A stretch of DNA of 32,000 nt from Candidatus Nanosynbacter sp. BB002 (GCF_037013405.1 NZ_CP146064.1:1-32000); one strand, 5' to 3'; counted from the first letter of the stretch, positions 17,315-24,281 are shown. Numbers and translations: made by a program. Notes: a model not told the origin generated them from the letters alone.

Positions 17315-18370
17315 TTACGCTTTACCTTCTTCACGCAATTTTGAATACGGAACATTTTCTTTACGACTAAACTCTAGCTCGCTAATAACAACAGTACCAG
17401 GGCCGATTTTCTTAAATGTAACATTACCCTGCATACCGCCAACTCCAGCTGTTAGTACCCATTCCACAGGCATCGTACCAACGCTATTATTAGCAAGGAA
17501 ATCAGTAATTTTCTCAGAATGCTGGGCGCCATTATCTGGTCGGAATGAGAAAGTCATAGAAATAGTATCACCATCGTATTTTGGCTCACCATGTTCCATT
17601 CCTGCAATAGTGACAGGCCCCAATATCATTTCTGGGTCTATTGGGTTCGTATAGGCCGTCCTGTGAAGACCATTCTCATCATTTTCAAGGTGAGTGCTGT
17701 AATCGATCCGTAATGCTTCTTGTGCATCTATAAGATTTTCCAAGAGACTCTTGAAACCATTCCCGTACTTAATTGGTTGTGATTTTCCACGTGCGTCATT
17801 GCCTGGAGTTTCAAAAACTCCTTTTATGCGATTGAGGATATATGGGGTTAGTGTTGATCCGAAAGTAGGAGGTGTGCTGTTTGCAGAACGATCTTTCTGT
17901 GCCAAATAACTGAACCTTTTTTCGTCATATACCCTACTATATTCAGATGACGGTGGATTTTCCTGATCTTTTTTATCAGCAACTACGTTAACTGTTGTTT
18001 CAATTATAGTACTCAGGTGTCGCATTAATTCGTCGGGGCTTTCGAAAGCACTAACGGGAATGGTTAATTTCTTAGCCTCTTCTTCAGGGAATCTTGTGTC
18101 TACATACGATTCGCAAAGCTCTACCTCTGTTGAAGGATCTAGGTCCAGTGTACGCATCCCTTCAGGAGTTGGAGACACTTCTGGTGAAGGACTGTTCTCT
18201 GCATGCTCAGGCAGTTGTCCTGATGTTTGTTCTGATGTAGTTTCTTTCTTACTACCGCAGGCTGTTAAAGCCATCGCTCCAGCACTGGTCACAAAAAGAC
18301 CCAGGACCCCTCGGCGGTTTATTTCATATACTGATGTTTCTTGTGAATCGCTTGGGTTATACTCTTTCAT
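17315..18370 (-). CDS. Putative Tat-type lipoprotein of unknown function, first gene of the minus-strand T4SS-like cluster
   Basis: 351-aa ORF. N-terminus EINRRGVLGLFVTSAGAMALTACGSKKE has a twin-arginine-like motif, an h-region and an L-T-A-C lipobox. I do not recognise any family in the remainder. Confidence 0.7.
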   Translation of the reverse strand: MKEYNPSDSQETSVYEINRRGVLGLFVTSAGAMALTACGSKKETTSEQTSGQLPEHAENSPSPEVSPTPEGMRTLDLDPSTEVELCESYVDTRFPEEEAKKLTIPVSAFESPDELMRHLSTIIETTVNVVADKKDQENPPSSEYSRVYDEKRFSYLAQKDRSANSTPPTFGSTLTPYILNRIKGVFETPGNDARGKSQPIKYGNGFKSLLENLIDAQEALRIDYSTHLENDENGLHRTAYTNPIDPEMILGPVTIAGMEHGEPKYDGDTISMTFSFRPDNGAQHSEKITDFLANNSVGTMPVEWVLTAGVGGMQGNVTFKKIGPGTVVISELEFSRKENVPYSKLREEGKA

Positions 18371-18441
18371 AACGCTTGGGATTCTTTCTCTGGTTTACTA
18401 CCAGGTTAGTTACACACTATATCTACAATCGATATGGCGTG

Positions 18442-18450
18442 ATTATAACA
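18442..18450 (-). promoter_or_regulatory. Extended -10 (TGtTATAAT) upstream of the lipoprotein gene
   Basis: Minus-strand sequence is tttgTGTTATAATcacgcc, about 70 nt upstream of the ATG at 18370 and just downstream of the tRNA-Asp terminator. Confidence 0.45.
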
Positions 18451-18484
18451 CAAAGTATATGAAAATACAAGACTATAGATCAGC

Positions 18485-18513
18485 AAAATAAAAACACCCT
18501 GTTGCTTGGGTGT
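18485..18513 (-). terminator. Rho-independent terminator after tRNA-Asp
   Basis: Minus-strand hairpin ACACCC-AAGCAACA-GGGTGT followed by TTTTTATTTT. Confidence 0.7.
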
Positions 18514-18516
18514 CTG

Positions 18517-18594
18517 TGGCGCGCCCGACCGGATTCGAACCGGCGATCTCCTCCGTGACAGGGAGGCGTGATGGACCAACTTCACTACGAGCGC
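18517..18594 (-). tRNA. tRNA-Asp (anticodon GTC), CCA encoded
   Basis: Reverse complement is GCGCTCGTAGTGAAGTTGGTCCATCACGCCTCCCTGTCACGGAGGAGATCGCCGGTTCGAATCCGGTCGGGCGCGCCA. It folds as a cloverleaf with anticodon loop CTGTCAC and T-loop GGTTCGAATCC. Confidence 0.93.
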
Positions 18595-18660
18595 ATGTCA
18601 ACTAGCTCGATAATACCAAAGACTTCCCTAATATTCAAGAGCCATCAGGTGAAATGTTGT

Positions 18661-18689
18661 TTGCATTTTGCGTGACAATATCTTACAAT
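18661..18689 (+). promoter_or_regulatory. Sigma70-type promoter of the pilin operon (TTGCAT-17 nt-TACAAT)
   Basis: -35 TTGCAT at 18661-18666, 17-nt spacer, -10 TACAAT at 18684-18689. Lies about 38 nt upstream of the ATG at 18727. Confidence 0.5.
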
Positions 18690-18726
18690 TAGTCACATAT
18701 CAACCTAATATTGGTAGAACAATTCA

Positions 18727-19116
18727 ATGATAAACAGAAATTTCTTTACAAAAACCATCATTGCTGTAGCCCTACTAGTCGGTTTTACTGTTTCAGCTCC
18801 GGTATTTGCTGAGGAGGAGGGTGCGAAGAAATGTGCTGGCGTCGATACTTCAACCATAGAATGTGGCGGTAAAAGCGGTAAAGAGGCTATCTTTGATATC
18901 GTTAAACAGGCGGTAAAAATTTTAACCATGGGTGTAGGTGTCACAGCTGTTGGTGCGGTAGTTTATGGTGGCATATTATTTTCATCATCTGGAGATAAGC
19001 CAGAAAATATCAAAAAAGCTCGCGAGATCTGGATCAATGTTGTGATAGGGTTGCTGCTATACGCCTTCTTTGTCACGCTGACTCAATTCTTAATTCCAGG
19101 AGGAGTATTCTCATGA
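18727..19116 (+). CDS. VirB2/TrbC-like T4SS pilin paralog P1
   Basis: 129 aa. Signal peptide (AVALLVGFTVSAPVFA), variable region with two Cys (KKCAGVDTSTIECGG), TM1, loop YGGILFSSSGDKPENIKKAREIW, TM2. Stop overlaps the P2 start (ATGA). Confidence 0.7.
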   Translation: MINRNFFTKTIIAVALLVGFTVSAPVFAEEEGAKKCAGVDTSTIECGGKSGKEAIFDIVKQAVKILTMGVGVTAVGAVVYGGILFSSSGDKPENIKKAREIWINVVIGLLLYAFFVTLTQFLIPGGVFS

Positions 19117-19538
19117 TCAAACGGGCAATTATAGCAGTTACTTTGGTGTTTATAGGTAGCTTTGGTATGGCATTTGTCAGCACACAACCTGCCTTAGCTG
19201 GTGCTTGTGATGAACGTGGTCGTGTTATAACTCTAAAACCTTGGTTTTATAACTTAACATCTGGTAATTCGTGTGATTTAAAGAGTCCGAGTGAGGCTGG
19301 TGGTTTTGGCCCATACATCTGGCAAATTGCCTTAAACCTTATTGAAGATTTATTCCAAATCACGGGTTATATTGCAGCAGGATACATTATATACGGTGGT
19401 TTTCTGTTCATCACCAGCTCAGGATCACCAGATCGAGCGGTTCGTGGACGAAAAACAGTTTTTAATGCCATTATTGGCTTAGTTATAGCTATCGCCTCAG
19501 TAGGTGTAGTAAACTGGGTATCAGGAGCATTATTGTAA
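19113..19538 (+). CDS. VirB2/TrbC-like T4SS pilin paralog P2
   Basis: 141 aa. Signal peptide ending PALA-GA, two Cys (GACDERG...GNSCDLK), TM1, loop YGGFLFITSSGSPDRAVRGRKTVFNAIIG, TM2. Confidence 0.7.
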   Translation: MIKRAIIAVTLVFIGSFGMAFVSTQPALAGACDERGRVITLKPWFYNLTSGNSCDLKSPSEAGGFGPYIWQIALNLIEDLFQITGYIAAGYIIYGGFLFITSSGSPDRAVRGRKTVFNAIIGLVIAIASVGVVNWVSGALL

Positions 19539-19540
19539 CT

Positions 19541-19837
19541 ATGGAAAAGTTTATCGTTCAAATTGTTAGCCAACTAGGTTCCCCAAGTGACGTAGGAATT
19601 CCTGATCGTAAAGATGATAAGGTGGCATTACAAAGTATAGCGAACCTGGTGTTTGCTATCTCAGCGGTCGTAGCTATCATTTCCATCATCATCTATGGCA
19701 TCATGTATAGTGTATCCGCTGGTGATCCAGGCAAAGTCTCGAAAGCTAAAAACGGTATCATCTATTCGGTGGTTGGTTTGCTGGTGGTATGGTGCGCTTT
19801 TGTTATTACAAATTATGTCGCAGGGAGGTTTAACTAA
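19541..19837 (+). CDS. VirB2/TrbC-like pilin paralog P3, without a recognisable signal peptide
   Basis: 98 aa. Only the two-TM core with loop YGIMYSVSAGDPGKVSKAKNGIIYSVVG. The N-terminus MEKFIVQIVSQLGSPSDVGIPDRKDD is not signal-like. Starts 2 nt after P2, and its stop overlaps the P4 start (TAATG). Confidence 0.6.
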   Translation: MEKFIVQIVSQLGSPSDVGIPDRKDDKVALQSIANLVFAISAVVAIISIIIYGIMYSVSAGDPGKVSKAKNGIIYSVVGLLVVWCAFVITNYVAGRFN

Positions 19838-20211
19838 TGAAAAAAATCGTAACTATTACCGCTACTCTGGCTCTCGCCATAGTCGGTGGTTTTTTGCTGT
19901 CACAAACTGCTTCAGCGGTTGGTATTTATGACGCGTGTAGTACCGATCCAAATAACATTGTCTGTGCTAACAGTAGTGAATCAGTTGACCCGGTCATCAA
20001 AACAGTCATCAGATATCTGCTGATTATCTCTGGTATTGTATCAGTTGTGATGGTTATCATTGGTGGGTTGAAATACAGCACCTCCAATGGCGACAGTGCT
20101 AAGCTAAGCTCTGCTAAGAACACTATCATGTACGCCATCATTGGCGTGATCATCTCTGCTCTTGCGTATGCTATCGTTGATTACGTATTTCTTCGCATAA
20201 TTGGTAAATAG
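19837..20211 (+). CDS. VirB2/TrbC-like T4SS pilin paralog P4
   Basis: 124 aa. Signal peptide ending TASA, two Cys (DACSTDPNNIVCAN), TM1, loop GGLKYSTSNGDSAKLSSAKNTIMYAIIG, TM2. Confidence 0.75.
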   Translation: MKKIVTITATLALAIVGGFLLSQTASAVGIYDACSTDPNNIVCANSSESVDPVIKTVIRYLLIISGIVSVVMVIIGGLKYSTSNGDSAKLSSAKNTIMYAIIGVIISALAYAIVDYVFLRIIGK

Positions 20212-20243
20212 AGCCCAACACAGTATAGACAGACCGTAAAATA

Positions 20244-20252
20244 TGGTATAAT
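20244..20252 (+). promoter_or_regulatory. Extended -10 promoter (TGgTATAAT) for pilin paralog P5
   Basis: Sequence is aaatatGGTATAATgaag, about 45 nt upstream of the ATG at 20298. SD AAGGAAAGGAA lies in the leader. Confidence 0.55.
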
Positions 20253-20297
20253 GAAGTAAAATAACAATCAATTTCCCAAGGAAAGGAAACGAAATTC

Positions 20298-20678
20298 ATG
20301 AAAAAAACCATTATTAAAATAGCTGGCGCGTTTGCCCTTCCTGTGCTGGTTATGGGTGTCGTATTTTTGGCTTCTGGCGACAATGCATTTGCGCAGGTTC
20401 GAGAAGGTTTGAACAAGGTTCAAAACGCCAATACTGGTGCTAGTGCTAACGTTGACGACATCATCTCAAAGTCAATTAACTTTGCATTGATGGCGATTGC
20501 TATCGTATCTGTGTTTATGTTGATCCTTGGTGGTTTCAAATACACCACATCAAACGGTGACAGTGCTAAGGTGACGTCTGCTAAGAATACCATTATGTAC
20601 TCCTTGATCGGTCTGTTGATTGCTATCTTTGCCTACGCTATCGTTAACTTTGTGGTCAATAAGGTTACCGGTAACTAA
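20298..20678 (+). CDS. VirB2/TrbC-like T4SS pilin paralog P5 (own promoter, SD and terminator)
   Basis: 126 aa. Signal peptide ending NAFA, no Cys, TM1, loop GGFKYTTSNGDSAKVTSAKNTIMYSLIG, TM2. Confidence 0.8.
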   Translation: MKKTIIKIAGAFALPVLVMGVVFLASGDNAFAQVREGLNKVQNANTGASANVDDIISKSINFALMAIAIVSVFMLILGGFKYTTSNGDSAKVTSAKNTIMYSLIGLLIAIFAYAIVNFVVNKVTGN

Positions 20679-20694
20679 TCACCTAGTTACATCT

Positions 20695-20728
20695 CAAAAA
20701 ACACCAGTCATTACGACTGGTGTTTTTA
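20695..20728. terminator. Bidirectional rho-independent terminator between P5 (+) and hsp20 (-)
   Basis: AAAAAA-ACACCAGTC-ATTAC-GACTGGTGT-TTTTT: a 9-bp GC-containing stem flanked by A and T tracts. Confidence 0.8.
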
Positions 20729-20746
20729 GTAGAGATCAGTGATTGA

Positions 20747-21223
20747 TTACAGAACTTGAATCTTCTTAGCTTTTTCTTGTTTTACTTTTTCAAAGGTAAT
20801 TGTCAATACGCCGTCTTTTAGCTCTGCTTTCACGCCCTCTTCCTTGACTGCAACTGGAAGAGCCAGGGTGCGCCTAAATTCGCCCCAGTAACATTCTTGA
20901 ATGTGCCAGTTGTTAACTTCAGTCTCGTCACCACTAGACAAGGTACCAGAGATGGTCAAGATGCCGTCAGAGATACTGACATCCAAGTCGTTGCGGTCAA
21001 CACCAGCGGTGCGCGCTTTGATGACCAATTCTCCTTCGGTCTCAAAAACGTCAACCGCCAACTGACCCATTAGGTCATCAGCGTCCTCTTCCCAGTTGTC
21101 TTCGTTGGCAGCAATGGTTGGTGCTACTGGTGCTTGTGCTGGAGCTGACAAATCAGCTTCATCCAAAAATGCAGCAGTTAAATCGTCGTCGGTAAATAAA
21201 TTATCGTCCTGTTTCCGGGCCAT
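20747..21223 (-). CDS. hsp20: Hsp20/alpha-crystallin family small heat-shock protein
   Basis: 158 aa. Acidic N-terminal arm and alpha-crystallin domain (VDVFETEGELVIKARTAGV...DGILTISG...LKDGVLTITFEK). Strong SD GGAGGA. Confidence 0.9.
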   Translation of the reverse strand: MARKQDDNLFTDDDLTAAFLDEADLSAPAQAPVAPTIAANEDNWEEDADDLMGQLAVDVFETEGELVIKARTAGVDRNDLDVSISDGILTISGTLSSGDETEVNNWHIQECYWGEFRRTLALPVAVKEEGVKAELKDGVLTITFEKVKQEKAKKIQVL

Positions 21224-21269
21224 AGTTGTTCCTCCACTCTATTTGGCTCAATTGACAATGTTCTCTATT

Positions 21270-21298
21270 AGTATAACGGTTATGTGCGTTATAATCAA
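21270..21298 (-). promoter_or_regulatory. Candidate hsp20 promoter (TTGATT-17 nt-TATACT)
   Basis: Minus-strand sequence is TTGATTATAACGCACATAACCGTTATACT. It overlaps a plus-strand TATAAT (21290-21295) that could serve comF. Confidence 0.4.
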
Positions 21299-21328
21299 CA
21301 GTGAAAGGCGAAAAACGTAAAAAATACA

Positions 21329-22012
21329 ATGTTTGATGAGTTATTGTCAGTTATCGCTCCCCACTACTGTTATGGGTGTGGGAAAACTGGCCAAACTATT
21401 TGCCCAAAATGTAAAAAATACATCACACAAATGAGCTATACCACATGCGTTTTATGTGATCGGCGTCCCAAACATGGTAACTATTGTGGTAGACATCACT
21501 TCCCTGTTGGGCAGATTTATTGTTTGCTGCTCAGGCGGGGTGCGGTTTTGCAGGCAATTGATGCACTCAAGTTTGAGCGCAAACGGGCTGTGATTAACGA
21601 CTTGGTTGCAATCGCCGACGAATTGTTGCCGCAGCTGCCGGCTAACAGCGTACTAGTCCCCATCCCGACGACGCCACGCAATACACGCATCAGAGGGTAT
21701 GATCATATGAAGCTCATCTGTCGTCAGCTGGGACGAGTCAGGAATATCCCTGTTAAACAGATTATCCAGCGGCGCAACAACGTGACGCAGCATTTTACCA
21801 AATCAGCCAAACAACGAAGACTGCAAGCGAAAGAATTTTTCCGAGTGGCGGGTAATATTGATCCATCCAAGCATTACTACCTGGTTGATGATATCTTTAC
21901 TACTGGTGCCACGGTGCGAGAAGCTGCTCACTGTTTACGTCAGGCGGGTGCTACCTCTGTGACGATCATAGTTCTAACGCGGCACGACTCACAAAAATCT
22001 ACGGTTGATTAG
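21329..22012 (+). CDS. comF: ComF-family phosphoribosyltransferase-domain protein (competence protein ComFC-like)
   Basis: 227 aa. N-terminal Cys4 zinc-finger-like CYGCG...CPKC...CVLC...YCGRH. C-terminal PRT motif YYLVDDIFTTGATVREA. Confidence 0.85.
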   Translation: MFDELLSVIAPHYCYGCGKTGQTICPKCKKYITQMSYTTCVLCDRRPKHGNYCGRHHFPVGQIYCLLLRRGAVLQAIDALKFERKRAVINDLVAIADELLPQLPANSVLVPIPTTPRNTRIRGYDHMKLICRQLGRVRNIPVKQIIQRRNNVTQHFTKSAKQRRLQAKEFFRVAGNIDPSKHYYLVDDIFTTGATVREAAHCLRQAGATSVTIIVLTRHDSQKSTVD

Positions 22013-22464
22013 ACGTGGTGATATGCGCTACCTTTGGCAATTTCCTGTGCGCGATAAAGTTGTTCTGTCAGGAGTAGACGCACAAGTTGATGCGGAAACA
22101 CCAGTTTTGACAGAGACCAAACGACATCAGCCCGCTCGCGTAGTTCCGAAGAAACACCAAATGCCCCGCCAATGATGATGACCACTGACCGACTGTGGGC
22201 GAAGCACTCTTCCAGGAGAGCTGATAACTCCGGAGACGACAGATTGTTGCCTCTTTCGTCCAGTAAAATGACAAAATGGTCTGGTTTGATTTGCTTGAGT
22301 ATCCGTTCAGACTCTTCCTGACGCGCTCTGGGGCCTTCCAGCGAAGAATTAGCCAACAATACCCATTCGACATTCCACGGGGCTCTCAGGCGCTTCTGGT
22401 AGTATTCTAGGCCATCTATGACCCATGAATTATTTTTCTTGCCGATTGTGATAATTTTGAGCAT
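22009..22464 (-). CDS. rlmH: 23S rRNA (pseudouridine1915-N3)-methyltransferase RlmH (SPOUT family)
   Basis: Real start is MLKIITIGKK at 22464. The longer ORF to 22605 is antisense to a tRNA. Family pattern YYQKRL...ILLDERG...SSPELS...IIGGAFG...LSKLVFPHQLVRLLLTEQLYRA. Overlaps the comF stop by 4 nt. Confidence 0.88.
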   Translation of the reverse strand: MLKIITIGKKNNSWVIDGLEYYQKRLRAPWNVEWVLLANSSLEGPRARQEESERILKQIKPDHFVILLDERGNNLSSPELSALLEECFAHSRSVVIIIGGAFGVSSELRERADVVWSLSKLVFPHQLVRLLLTEQLYRAQEIAKGSAYHHV

Positions 22465-22491
22465 AACTAATGGTAAGTATAACCTACCCTC

Positions 22492-22500
22492 TGGTATAAT
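22492..22500 (+). promoter_or_regulatory. Extended -10 promoter (TGgTATAAT) for tRNA-Ser(CGA)
   Basis: Sequence is ccctcTGGTATAATgaaaaagtcaatcac, followed by the tRNA 5' end at 22516. Confidence 0.55.
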
Positions 22501-22515
22501 GAAAAAGTCAATCAC

Positions 22516-22604
22516 GGAGAGGTGCAGGAGTGGTTGAACTGGCCGCTCTCGAAAAGCGGTAAGCCGGCAAGGCTTCGAGGGTTCGAATCCCTCTCTCTCC
22601 GCCA
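22516..22604 (+). tRNA. tRNA-Ser (anticodon CGA), long variable arm, CCA encoded
   Basis: Sequence is GGAGAGGTGCAGGAGTGGTTGAACTGGCCGCTCTCGAAAAGCGGTAAGCCGGCAAGGCTTCGAGGGTTCGAATCCCTCTCTCTCCGCCA. Anticodon loop CTCGAAA. Confidence 0.92.
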
Positions 22605-22617
22605 TGGAATATTTATT

Positions 22618-22642
22618 AAACCCTCGCCACGGTGAGGGTTTT
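22618..22642 (+). terminator. Rho-independent terminator after tRNA-Ser(CGA)
   Basis: AAACCCTC-GCCACGGT-GAGGGTTT followed by TG. Confidence 0.65.
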
Positions 22643-22662
22643 GTACTACCTCAGAAGAATTA

Positions 22663-22671
22663 TGATACAAT
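22663..22671 (+). promoter_or_regulatory. Extended -10 (TGaTACAAT) upstream of the small acidic-protein gene
   Basis: Sequence is ttaTGATACAATgat. An AAAGGAG SD follows at 22690-22696. Confidence 0.4.
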
Positions 22672-22737
22672 GATATTGAAATATCGTAAAAAGGAGATGA
22701 TAATATTGATTTTAACTATGGTATAGACTATAAAAAG

Positions 22738-23028
22738 TTGCCTGAATATATTAAAGTTGCCGAGGAGGTTATTAGGGGCTTAGGAGGAGCAGCAGCTCAA
22801 GAAACAGCAATTGAAGAAGCTCAAGAAGTAGTTGAAGAAAGAACGGATGAACAAATACCACCAGTTGACATTGTTCAGTTCTATACAGCAATGGGAGAAT
22901 ACGGTATTTCTACGCCAGGCGCACTTCTTGCTGCTGATACTGCAGACTCCATTAAGGTAAATCATTTTGAGAACACAGTTAAGTTAGTGCCTGAGCTGTC
23001 TCCTGAAGAGGAGCCGACAGAAGAATAA
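22738..23028 (+). CDS. Small, very acidic hypothetical protein (start codon uncertain)
   Basis: 96-aa ORF from a TTG with no SD. A good SD (AAAGGAG, 22690-22696) sits 8 nt before an in-frame ATT at 22705, which would add 11 aa. Own promoter and strong terminator. I do not recognise any family. Confidence 0.45.
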   Translation: MPEYIKVAEEVIRGLGGAAAQETAIEEAQEVVEERTDEQIPPVDIVQFYTAMGEYGISTPGALLAADTADSIKVNHFENTVKLVPELSPEEEPTEE

Positions 23029-23054
23029 TTCGCGTGAGTGATTTATTATAAAAA

Positions 23055-23082
23055 AACAACTCTTCGTTAGGGAAGAGTTGTT
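23055..23082. terminator. Bidirectional terminator serving the acidic-protein gene (+) and tRNA-Arg (-)
   Basis: AAAAAA-(A)ACAACTCTTC-GTTAGG-GAAGAGTTGT(T)-TTT. Confidence 0.75.
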
Positions 23083-23096
23083 TTGATAATGCTTAT

Positions 23097-23173
23097 TGGT
23101 ACACCCGGCACGATTCGAACGTACGACCTTTGGCTCCGCAAGCCAACGCTCTATCCAGCTGAGCTACGGGTGC
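23097..23173 (-). tRNA. tRNA-Arg (anticodon GCG), CCA encoded
   Basis: Reverse complement is GCACCCGTAGCTCAGCTGGATAGAGCGTTGGCTTGCGGAGCCAAAGGTCGTACGTTCGAATCGTGCCGGGTGTACCA. Anticodon loop TTGCGGA. Confidence 0.9.
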
Positions 23174-23288
23174 ATACAGCCTTTCGGCAAAACCGATTGG
23201 CCATAACAAAAATATAAGGTACCTTCTCTGCTCACATCATGAACATCGAACCTTTACATTCTAACACATATCAAAAGCTAAGAGCAAG

Positions 23289-23786
23289 CTAAAGCTTAAT
23301 GATTCGGATGAGTTTTTCCAAAGCGTCTGGTTTTATCTCTTGCATGGGGAGGCGTGTGCCTAACATATCAACAATTGTCTCCCCTTCTGCTTCTGAAAAG
23401 TAAATGGTTAACCCTGGTGAAAACCGTTTAACGGGAAGTAGTAACACTGAGAATTGACCTTGATATTCAATAACACCAAAGGCTTTGAATTCACTAAAAT
23501 CATACAATTTGTCCGCCACATAGACACCTTTAGGACTAATGGCGTAGTTGATCATGCGAGGGGTTTTGGTGGATAGAGATAGTAACGCCACCGCCATGAT
23601 GGGTATTAACACCGTGAATGTCCAGCTTTTTATCCAAAAAACAGACAGTGCCATGAGTGCCATGATGACCACGGCAAATGATAGATACCAGCCTAGACCA
23701 CGCGCTGGACCTCTGGTCTCTGGGGCGTGCCAAGAAAACGGTTCAGACAGGTCATGAGTTGTTGTTTTGGTTGGTTCTGCTTCCAT
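23289..23786 (-). CDS. Hypothetical membrane protein (two TM helices plus a C-terminal soluble, possibly bacterial PH-like domain)
   Basis: 165 aa. TM pair LGWYLSFAVVIMALMALSVFWI and WTFTVLIPIMAVALLSL. Preceded by a leaderless-type promoter. Confidence 0.6.
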   Translation of the reverse strand: MEAEPTKTTTHDLSEPFSWHAPETRGPARGLGWYLSFAVVIMALMALSVFWIKSWTFTVLIPIMAVALLSLSTKTPRMINYAISPKGVYVADKLYDFSEFKAFGVIEYQGQFSVLLLPVKRFSPGLTIYFSEAEGETIVDMLGTRLPMQEIKPDALEKLIRIIKL

Positions 23787-23792
23787 GGTTTT

Positions 23793-23801
23793 AGTATACC
23801 A
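23793..23801 (-). promoter_or_regulatory. Extended -10 (TGgTATACT) 6 nt upstream of the ATG at 23786 (leaderless-type)
   Basis: Minus-strand sequence is TGGTATACT-AAAACC-ATG, with no SD. Confidence 0.5.
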
Positions 23802-23818
23802 TGAGCATAATGTGTAGG

Positions 23819-24220
23819 CTAGACGTCGGTAGAACCGCCGCTGACGGCGAAGTTAATGACGAACTTGATGATGGCATAGGCAAAAAGAGCAATCAATAGA
23901 CCAATCACGGCATATAAGATGGTGTTTTTGGCGGCAGTAACTGATTCTTTTCGTCCACCGGATATGACGTAGCGAAAACCACCAAAGATAAGCATTACCA
24001 CGCTGACCACAGCGATACCGATCAGCATGAAGTTAATAACCCGACGCACCAGAGAGCTGTCACCATTCCACAGGTTGGTTGGCACGCCATTGCCGCGAGC
24101 TGCCTCTACACCTTCTGCAAAACCACCCTCACCAAGTGCCAGAGCCGGTAGACTAGTGATGGTTAATGCTAACACGGTCGTTATGATGATGCTTGCGCCA
24201 ACGGTTACAATCTTCTTCAT
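23819..24220 (-). CDS. VirB2/TrbC-like T4SS pilin paralog P6 (distal copy in the tRNA island)
   Basis: The ORF extends to 24289. The start MKKIVTVGASIIITTVLALTITSLPALA at 24220 is preferred. Loop GGFRYVISGGRKESVTAAKNTILYAVIG lies between two TMs. A TAATAT box sits 7 nt upstream of the ATG. Confidence 0.75.
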   Translation of the reverse strand: MKKIVTVGASIIITTVLALTITSLPALALGEGGFAEGVEAARGNGVPTNLWNGDSSLVRRVINFMLIGIAVVSVVMLIFGGFRYVISGGRKESVTAAKNTILYAVIGLLIALFAYAIIKFVINFAVSGGSTDV

Positions 24221-24281
24221 AATAGTTATATTATCCTTGGTTGGTAGAAAAAAGTCAACGCTATGGTATTTTGTACAGGTG

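Noticed and set aside
21272-21293. Inverted repeat TATAACG-N8-CGTTATA overlapping the hsp20 promoter, as a possible stress operator.
   Set aside because: It has only 7-bp AT-rich arms, matches neither CIRCE nor the HAIR consensus, and could easily arise by chance.
22465-22605. N-terminal 47 aa of the 198-aa minus-strand ORF (MAEREGFEPSKP...).
   Set aside because: This part is the antisense translation of tRNA-Ser(CGA); GFEPS-type peptides are typical of a T-arm. The RlmH family starts at MLKIITIGKK (22464).
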